Assembly (NCBI GenBank): GCA_951406725.2
Contig: OX597814.1
Span: forward strand, 158,348,001 to 158,412,000
DNA from: Octopus vulgaris
Taxonomy: Eukaryota
Reading direction: 5' to 3'
Length of the DNA: 64,000 nucleotides
How positions within the stretch are numbered: the first letter of the stretch is position 1; every line of letters starts with the position of its first letter. The position numbers were made by a program, and so were the translations under genes. Shown here piece by piece: positions 54,413 through 64,000 of the stretch. The notes below the pieces were generated by a model. The model saw nothing but the letters and a program-made list of their open reading frames with translations. It made no database searches and had not been told where the DNA came from.

Positions 54413-54832
54413 ATATATATAACTATCAAAAAGTATTAATAAGTTTAATATAAGATAAACATTTTCTAACTATACATATGCAATTATTGAAATTCAAATT
54501 TATGGTTATTCGTTCATTTATTCACAATGCATTCTGAGAATGTACGACACTACATGTTTCTTGGCAGCTTTTTTCTTTAAAGACAATGACATATAAATGT
54601 ATACTTTCAAAACGTATAGGGAAGTCATGTCAAATCTTTATCAAGCTAGAAGTGAATAATTTCGCCTATCATCTTCAATTATGAATTTCTGTCCACCGAA
54701 GATTTCTTAAGGATGGGACATTAAATTGATCCAGCACATTCTTTATATATTATATTTCTTGTTTTAATGATTTGTCTTTTGTTTCTTGTATCGAGATCTA
54801 CATTTGTTTTATATATTAATATATTATATATA
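54413..54832 (-). repeat. Right arm of the ~420-bp inverted repeat
   Basis: Reverse complement of 48899-49320. Confidence 0.95.
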
Positions 54833-54847
54833 TTATAATATATATAT

Positions 54848-54916
<69 letters not shown>

Positions 54917-55892
54917 TATAGATAGATAGTTAGATAGATATGTACACATACACACACACACACACACATATATATATATGGCCAAGCACAATGAACTTCA
55001 ATGGGGAGGAGTGTGTGCATGTGTGTCTCTAAATGTGTGTGCGCATGTGCCTCTGGATCTTAATGTTATTTATATGAAAAACCTAATGACTCACTATCAA
55101 TCGTTACATATTAACGATTTAACATTTTTTTTCGATTTTTCAACTAGAAACTCAAACGACATTCAGCCTTTAAAACACGGGGCATGCGGTGGATTATATG
55201 CTTCAATAGGTGCAAAGCAGATGCTTAGTTCAAAATTATAACGCATTTTATATCTTAAATTTTTACCTGTTTTTAGACTAACATTTATGCTGATTATTAT
55301 TTTATCTATTTCAATTTTATTCTTATTTCATTTTCCCTTTTCTAACAACGCAGTAATGCCATAAAGGATGAAAAATACTCCCAGCAAAGAAAGAATACAT
55401 CTAATAACATCACCTTATTTCTTTTTAAAAAACTGTGTTGGCGAACTCGACGTCTGATTTGGTATGCAATTTTGTACAATATTCTCGTCTATCAAATGTC
55501 ATTGGGGATTCTAGCTGAAAAATTTCAGAGTCATCAGCAATTGATAATATCAAAAATGTGGAGACTAGATCATTAATTTACATCCCATTTAAAATTTTAT
55601 CATCCACCTCTCCGATATTAAGCATTATTTTCGGTTTGTTGTTAATACAACACACACGCACGAAAACGTACGCGCGCGCGCATTCACACACACATACATA
55701 CATATATACATTATTATCGGGCTCCTTGGAGATGAAACACACTATATAAATATCAATCTTATGAAATTAGACTTCTCAAAACCAAACAGAAGAACCCTAA
55801 TTCGAAGACTTCAGATCCAATCTATCACTTGGAACTATAAAAATCTGTAAAACGTTCCAGAAGTTTATCACTTGAATATATGTGAACATGTG

Positions 55893-56123
55893 AGGGCGGC
55901 GAGCTGGAAGAAACATTAGCACGTCGGGCGAAATGCGTAGCCGTATTTCGTCTGCCGTTACGTTCTGAGTTCAAATTCCGCCGAGGTCGACTTTGCCTTT
56001 CATCCTTTCGGAGTCGATAAATAAGTACCAGCTTCGCACTGGGGTCGATGTAATCGACTTAATCCCTTTGTCTGTCTTTGTTTCTCCCCTCTATTTTTAG
56101 CCCCTTGTGGGCAGTAAAGAAAT
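55893..56123 (+). mobile_element. SINE family 2, well-preserved monomer
   Basis: GGCGGCGAGCTGG..GAGTTCAAATTCCGCCGAGGTCGACTTTGCCTTTCATCCTTTCGGAGTCGATAAATAAGTACCAG..GTAAAGAAATA. Confidence 0.88.
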
Positions 56124-56224
56124 ATATATATGTGAGCATGTCTACATATGCAACTATATGCATGAGAATACATATATAAAGCAAAACATACAAATTTGCA
56201 CAAATACATACATGCATACAAAAA

Positions 56225-56330
56225 TGCCCTGTTGTTGATGATGAAATTCCAATGAACGAGCCTTGAATCTAGGTTAGGAATCGACTCTTTCTCTATTGGC
56301 TAAAAATCTTGAAATAAAGCTGAACAATGA
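56225..56330. repeat. Short interspersed repeat next to (CATA)n; second copy at about 36375-36450
   Basis: Shared CCTTG.ATCTAGG.TAG.AA....TCTTT.TCTA.TGGC.A.AAATCTTGAAATAAA. Confidence 0.7.
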
Positions 56331-56349
56331 CATACATACGTACATACAT

Positions 56350-56403
<54 letters not shown>

Positions 56404-57049
56404 AATCGTACTAAATATATATACAATAAAGTAGGAATCTCAATACACGAAATAAAATAGAGAGTAGATAATACTTTGTAGCAAGAAATATATTTGACCA
56501 CACCTTCAATCAACTCGGTCAACAAAAAGCACTAAATGAAATTAGAAGCAATCACCAACATTTAAAATTTACAATTTATCTTTTATTTAACATATCAAAA
56601 TAATTTCTGACTTGATAAGGATTCAGGGTATTACAAATTACCTTTAGGTTTCGAGGATGTAGCTTTTTATGTTAAGGTTACATGAAAGCAGTATAAAATA
56701 TAAAATGTGTACTGCTCTTTATTCCTCCCCATCTTTCCTCAATCGTGCACTATATGTTTACAACTCGAATCAACATGCCATGCCCACACTCACTATATTC
56801 AAAGACGTCAAATGCATCCTTCTATAGGGACATGCCAATTTTGTTTCTTTCAATACAAGAAAATATAAACGTTGACTACATCGAAAGAAAAGTCATCGCA
56901 TCACACACCCCTTAATATTTAGTAGCACACAACTAGAAGTCACAGAATTATTCTGATTATTGAGTTTCAATTTCACCAAGAAGATCTTACGACAGCACGT
57001 TCTAAAAACATAACTAGAACCACATCTCAATGATTGTATCTTTGCCTCA

Positions 57050-57378
57050 GAAGCTGAATATCCAGAAAAGAATTATCCCACTGATAACTACAGCTTCTGA
57101 AGAGAGAGTGGACTGCGGGGTTACTCCGAAAAGCTCTATCTACGACGATTTCATCTCAATCGAAGGGGAGGGGCTTTCTCCGTCCGGGTTGCAGATCCGT
57201 AGAATAAGCTGCCGCACGAGATAGTGAAGATGCCGACGACCGCTCGGTTCAAAGTCTCTCTTGACCAGAAATGGCCTGAACTCTTTGTATGACCACCCTC
57301 CCTGTACATAACTGCATGTCCCCCTACATGACCTTGCTTTTGCTTTTAGAGCCAATAAAAATTGAACTGAATTGAACT
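57050..57378 (+). pseudogene. CR1/L2-like LINE 3' end
   Basis: Translates LRGYSEKLYLRRFHLNRRGGAFSVRVADP*NKLPHEIVKMPTTARFKVSLD, followed by AATAAA and an (ATTGAACT)-type tail. Confidence 0.75.
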
Positions 57379-58794
57379 ACAAGTATGCTGACTCCTATTT
57401 CTGCCTTTTCTAACGCTACTTTTATGAGCTCTTCTTCCTTAGAGCATGTTGGGTTCATGTTATTCCTCTCGCTGTTTCTCATAAACTTGTATCCAACGAC
57501 TCTGCCCAGCATTAATTTCTACATTCATTCCTTCTTCACCAAAATGTGTGCTTATATCTTTCCTATACATGTTGACTTACTGAGATTTAAAACAAACGTT
57601 TATAGCATCAATCTTACCAGTCTAAGTAGGCACTACAAATGTCATGGGCTCTTTCTCTTCCTCAATAACCAGCACCCGCCCCCCAAAAAAGGAAACTTAC
57701 AGGAAAATGTTTTCTTACCAATATACTGACCTCGTATCCATTGTATTTAGTTTGTCACACACTTGATTGGGTGTAAAGCATGGCTTAGATAAAGCTATGC
57801 ATAAGCTATTTCTTGAGTTAGTTTCGTAGTTATATATTTATTATATATTGCCAGAAAGAACAGTTACATTCGGGTGTTTTCTTCTAGTATATCTAATACC
57901 TATATGCTATCTCATCTTTTTTTATTTACATGAGACTAAATTGTCCGAGATATTCTTTCCCAATTTAATGTCGTGGGGTGTAACTTGTGGGAAATTTGAT
58001 TGCAATTTCTAAATTTTGAGCGACCTCTCTGTACCGTTTCCTGTCAATATAAAGATCTTCACCCGGGAACAAAATATACACATGATCTGATTTTTCTGTC
58101 ATAACTTACGATAAAATGGATATATATTGATTTAAATCACGTGTTTGGTAATGGAGGATCCGATTCTGAAAAAAAAATTTTCCAAAAATTGCAATTTCAA
58201 AATTTCATCAACCCCGCTTCAGTTTTACTTTTTCCGTAAACTTTTTTTTACGAAATACGTAGAGAAATACGAAGATTACGATTCTGAAAAAATTCAATTT
58301 AAATTTGAGTTTATTTTTTCCATATTCTTAATCTCCGTAGATTGATGGGGAAAAATTCGGAAAAGCGGTTTAAAAAAAAGTTAAATAAAAAAACACTTTA
58401 CTTTACCATGACTTACTTTGTCATATCACTACGGGAAATTACTCTGAAAGAAATCTTTGCAAAAAGTTGAGTAGATTAATTACATTATGTTATCGCAGTT
58501 TTGTGAGATTTAGCAGTTATTTCTAGCATGCGCAAAGATAAAGCAAAGATAATGCAAAGATAAAGCAACGCGATTGTTTAAATATCTGTAGAAAATTCTA
58601 AACCAATTTTATACTACCCTTTTTTCTCTTATATCATGATATGGAACATAATAGCATGATATGGAATATATTAACGTTGAAGACTAATTAGTAATATTGT
58701 TAGTCCACATTACTCCGTAAGGGAAATCGGGCCGCTTTCCCGCTTTCTTCCGCGTATGTATTCAGCCTTGGATGAGACGTCGGTCCGTCGCAGG

Positions 58795-58945
58795 GTAACT
58801 ATTTTTTACTAACTGGGCGGACTTGAGCAACGCGAAATCAAGTGTTTCGCTCAAGAACACAATGCATCGTCCGGTCCAGGAATCGAAACTGCAATCTTAT
58901 TATAATGAGTTCAACACCCGAACTACTAAGCCATGCGTTCCACAT
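58795..58945 (-). mobile_element. SINE family 3 head fragment
   Basis: Homologous to 24150-24283. Confidence 0.75.
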
Positions 58946-59764
58946 TCAGTAACATGGGAATAGTTTATTTTTACAAGAATATGTTTACATATCATTCGTT
59001 ATTGTTCTCTCACCGCTGAATTTGTGTTAAAAGCCTGCTTGTATACGTAGTAATATGCCAAAATTTAGAAATACGTCTCTTGATTTTTTAGACATGATAT
59101 TCATGGAACCATACTGCGGACGGAAAATCATGAGACTAATTCGAAGACAGTGTGCTATACTTGAGATTTCTAACTTGAGAATATCACTTAGTAAAACACA
59201 AATTGAATACTTGGTTGAGAAAAGAACAGCAATTAGAGGATCAAATGACTGATATGATTACATAATAGCATATTTCTTAAATATAAATACACCTATTAAT
59301 ATAGTACCATAAACAACTGATTCACAGAATCACAAGAGCACAGGACTAAGTACTTCGCTATATTTAGTTATGCCTCTTCAGTTCTGAGTTCAAATACTGT
59401 GGAATTCGGCTTTCTTTTGTCATCATACTCTGGTTGATAAAACGAAGTTTCTTCATTACTTTAATATTTTCCAAAACAGTGTTTGTGAAACTCTGTCGAT
59501 GTTAGAAATCAAGAACGCACTATTTAACCTTTACAATCGAAATTAACTGTTAAAAATTATATTAAGAAAAATACGTCAGCAGGTTATGGTTCCAAATATA
59601 CACTTATTAACAACTTAGCTTAAGCATTTAATAGATTTTCTTATCGCATCCAAGATGTAATGGTTCACTGAGTTGATATTATATACAATATTAAGATAGC
59701 AGATAATATTAACATATTGCAAGATAAAAATATTCTGAACTATAATGTGTGTGAGTACACACAA

Positions 59765-59810
<46 letters not shown>

Positions 59811-59882
59811 TTGATGTAGTTAGCCAGCACTTGGGTTAAACCTTAAACAGACCTGCCTGAATATATTATCCTTACCTATCTG

Positions 59883-59940
<58 letters not shown>

Positions 59941-60097
59941 CATCCATCCATCCATCTATCTATCTATCTACCTATCTATCTATCTATCTATCTACCTATC
60001 TATATATCTATCTATCTATATATATATATATATTTGTATATATATATATATATCCAAACACATGTGTACTTACATATACAACACTCGTATAATACAC

Positions 60098-60172
<75 letters not shown>

Positions 60173-60533
60173 CACACACGCACACACACACACACACGCA
60201 CACACACACACACACACAGACATAGCTTTAGTGAAATACGCCTCGAATGAGTTACATATAGCCTCAAACACGAATATAAAGCGTAGTATAGTTGCCATAG
60301 TTACTTTTCTGAAGACTTTTCCGCTGTTACACTTTCATAAAGCTCTTATCGAGAAACCTCAACGCTGATTGAGAATACGATATTTTCTTTCCTTGTCGCT
60401 ATGATATAGTCTACAGCAGTAACTTAAGATAGAGTGAAAATAACACTTAATTGAAATCACAAGAAATGAAGACGGACTTCACGCAGCAATATTGGTGTAG
60501 CATTATTTTCGCGTAATAAGTGTATGTGTGCGC

Positions 60534-60574
<41 letters not shown>

Positions 60575-60584
60575 GTGTGTGTGC

Positions 60585-60622
<38 letters not shown>

Positions 60623-60709
60623 CAATAATATTTTAGCGCATATATATGTGTATATAGGTATATACATATACATATGTATGCATATATATATATATATATG
60701 TGTATATAT

Positions 60710-60774
<65 letters not shown>

Positions 60775-60927
60775 TATATATGTATATATATATATATATG
60801 TATGTATATAAGAAATAGTGATACAACAAGGCACCATTGTTTGCTGGAAATAGCAGTAGATAACGATACGATGCTAAGTATGGTGCTTTATTTGGCTCGA
60901 AAGTGATTCTATCGTATTGCAATGATA

Positions 60928-60994
<67 letters not shown>

Positions 60995-60995
<1 letters not shown>

Positions 60996-62620
60996 CTTAG
61001 ATTGGTTTTCGGCCATTATCGGCGCAGGCGATGACTAACTCCATAGCACTACCTGGAAAAGTTAATTATTTCGTGGCACCATGGACCACTCGAGCAAAGA
61101 GTTGTTGAGACGTATCCAGATGTAGGTGCTTTATCCGGTATTTCCTGGAGGAATTTGTCCAGGTACTGTTTGAAAGTTGTGGGGTCTTTTTCTTCTTCAA
61201 TTTCTTTTGGATAACATTGGAAAATACAGGACCATTTGCAGTGAAGAAATTGTGTGGCAATGTTCTTATGTGGTGTGATTTAGACCTTTGTAGGGGACTC
61301 ATTGCACGGGTGCCTAGTCTTGTATGAATTGTAAACATAATGCCAATATCATTTGGATAATATTGGTGGAATATTTTCCACATGGTGCAAATAATGTATC
61401 GCTCAGGCTGCTTTGTAGAGAATAGCCCAATAATCAAGTCCAAGCATGCTATTTATAAGTTTTTTGTGTGATAGATCTTTATGACGCTTCGATCCTCGTT
61501 ATGTCTTGTTTTTTTGCAGGGGGACCACAATGGGTAGCAGTATTCTAGATAGGACCTAATGAATGTGGAGAAGAGAAGGATGATGGTTTTATGATCCCTA
61601 GATTGGAAAGTTCTGAGGATCCATGAGCACATTCTGCAGGCAACATCGACATTTATGTTGATGTGCACACTCCAGCTAAGGTTGCTGTCGACAGTTACAC
61701 CTAAGTCTCTGATATTATCCGACGGCTCAAGTAGGTTTCCTGATGGTAGTGTATGTGGTTGTTTGAGTGTGCCCTCTTTTCCAAAGTGGATGAGCTCAAA
61801 TTTTTCTTCGCTCAAATGCATATTGTCTTTTTTTTTGTACTCACTGGTTTACAGCGCATATATCTGATTGAAGCATTGTTTGATCATATGCTCCCTTAAT
61901 GAGATTCTGGAGCTTAGAATTATCTGCAAATATTTTTAAAGCGCTATGTTCAATGGAATCTGCAATGTCATTGATATAGACAATAAAAAGAAATGGACCC
62001 AGCACAGTACTCTGTGGGACTCCACTGATGACTTTTGCTGGTCTTGAGTGGATGCCATCAACCACAACATGCTGGGTCCTGTTTATTAGGAAATACCTAA
62101 TCCATTGAAGTAGTTTTCCACGGTCGACTCTATCAAAGGCATTGCTGAAATCAACGTATATGACATCCGCGTTGGAGCTCTCACTTAGTGCATTTAAGAT
62201 GTCATCAAAGTGATGGAGGAGCTGTGTTAGACAGGCCCTCCTACCACAAAAGCCATGCTGGTTGCAATTTAGCAGAGGATTTTGTTCTAGGAAGGCTGCT
62301 ATTCTTGATCTCAACACTCTCTCAAATATGTTCATGATATGTGAGGTGAGTGAGATTGGATGGTAGTTTACAGGGAGCGATTTATTACCCTTTTTAAAGA
62401 TAAGAACGACTGACTGCGAGAGAAGGTTTTGTTGGATAAAACCGGCAGCCAGTGATTTTCTCCAGAGATTTCCAAGAGGAGCTGCAAGTTGTTGTCTGCA
62501 TTCCTTCAGCACTTCAGCGGGGAACCTGTCCGGCCCCACAGCTGAATCAGGTTTGATTTCTTTTATTGCTGATAGGATATTAGTGGCGTCGAAAGTTACG
62601 TCGGAAAGGACATGTTGAGG

Positions 62621-62623
<3 letters not shown>
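60995..62623 (-). mobile_element. 5'-truncated degenerate RT LINE (second family, related to 49340-52590)
   Basis: GPDRFP, NYHPISLTS, NQHGF, DFSNAFDRV, SGVPQSTVLGPFLF, FADN and RDLGV..WILRTF; bounded by (TA)n and (CA)n. Confidence 0.92.
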
Positions 62624-62711
<88 letters not shown>

Positions 62712-62719
62712 CGTACATA

Positions 62720-62960
62720 CTAGTCGCCATGATTGATCGTTAGACACTACACACATTTTTTCTCTCCATGTTTCACTCCTTGTTTTTTCTCTCCTTTTTC
62801 TCTCCTCGTTTCTCTCCTTGTTTTTTCTGTGTCCCTTTCTGTAGAAGAGCGTAGACTCGAAACGTAAAAGACTTTTTCTATTCCTGAGCGTTATACTAAT
62901 ACATCTGTTTGTTTTGTACACCACCTGTCTTCGTCTTTTGTTTTTCCGTAAACTCTCACT
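62720..62960 (+). mobile_element. Penelope pseudo-LTR-like repeat with a variant minimal HHR motif (62835-62870)
   Basis: CUUU-CUGUAGA-aGAG..CUC-GAAA-CGUA-AAAG; homologous to 14225-14450. Confidence 0.6.
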
Positions 62961-63204
62961 ATACATACATACATACATACATACATACATACATACATAC
63001 ATACATACATACATACATACATGCATACATACATATATCCTCATAAATATATGTACACATATGTATACATAAGTATGTCCAAACCGAAATAGTTACTAAT
63101 AGTTTTATGCTTTTATGCCTTTTGCCTATGATACTTTGAACCTGAACTATTGTCTGGAGATAAAGGGTGTCTTTTATAAATATGACTAATAAAGAATCAT
63201 GATG

Positions 63205-63520
63205 TGAATGCGCATGGTTGAGTGGTTAGATCGTCGGGTCAACAATCATGAGGTAGTGAGTTCGATTCCGGGACCGGGTTTTGTGTTGTGCTCTTGAACA
63301 AGAGACTTTACTTCACGTCACTCCAGTGCACTCGGCTATGGAAATGATTCCGTCGTCACGGGTGGCAGACTCTATCGGCGTTTGCGTTTCGCTTGGAGGG
63401 AAGCTGGTATTCGACTGCTGGACTTCCATAAACAACATTGCCCGGAATTGTGCTAAAGAGGGAAACTTTCTAAGTGCAATCCCATGGTCACTCATGACCG
63501 AAGGGGCTATTTACCCTTTA
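63205..63520 (+). mobile_element. tRNA-derived SINE with a family 3-type head and a different body
   Basis: GCGCATGGTTGAGTGGTTAGA..GAGTTCGATTCC..GTGCTCTTGAACAAGAGACTTTA. Confidence 0.75.
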
Positions 63521-64000
63521 TATGGATGGGTGGTTGGATATTATATTTACACATAGATGCATGTATCTATACATACTCTAGCGAAAACCTTTATATTAAA
63601 TTAGCTTCGAGGACTTAATACATCAAAGAATTTATATTCTCAATCAAGTACCTTGATATCTTCCATATTCGGCCATATTCTGCTGCATTACAGGGCTATA
63701 CATTTTCTTCCCTCACACTCATTCAATTGCCAATCTATCTGCCTATCTATCTATCTGTCTGTCTCCCTATCTATCTAGCCATCTTTTAATTTTTCTGTAT
63801 ACATATCGATCTATTTATATCTGTATATGCATACGCAGTGAACATATATGACAAAAATATTTGTTTCCTTTGTGTCCAAAAGTTACACTACATAACATGA
63901 TTGATTTTTTTAAAAATATATTTTAGATTGGTGTTCGATATTTTTTAGAAATTTTAGATAATTTTTGATTCTACAAATCGCATCAATTTTGGCTTATGAC

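Noticed and set aside
57092-57140. CTGAAGA-GAGAGT..ACTCC-GAAA hammerhead-like string
   Set aside because: No valid stem III, NUH site or stem I, and it lies within LINE coding remnant; likely chance.
58030-58470. DNA-transposon-like segment with repeated CGATTCTGAAAAAA
   Set aside because: No TIR pair or TSD could be established.

Overview
AT-rich, microsatellite-saturated, gene-poor metazoan DNA. The SINE repertoire and the (TA)n/(AAT)n/(TATC)n load suggest an octopus-like cephalopod, which is an inference. I could not confidently identify any host protein-coding gene, and nearly all recognisable coding sequence is transposon debris. This includes R4/Dong-like RLE LINE 3' ends in (AAT)n/(TAG)n tracts, two APE/RT-type LINEs, RTE and CR1-like 3' ends, four mariner remnants, a Neptune-type Penelope GIY-YIG fragment, two hAT-like MITEs, a Helitron-like element and three tRNA-derived SINE families. 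The most notable signal is a set of non-coding, (TA)n-anchored mini-elements carrying type I hammerhead ribozymes (HHRs). There are nine HHRs with canonical cores from four sequence families, plus several decayed ones. They include a 507-bp tandem/inverted array with one HHR per monomer (6653-9280), a circularly permuted pair with covarying helices (25760-26240 and 27740-28195), and a tRNA-headed SINE carrying an HHR. Together these look like a retrozyme-like system, possibly producing circular RNA and possibly mobilised by Penelope-like elements. All structures were folded by eye and none has been tested.
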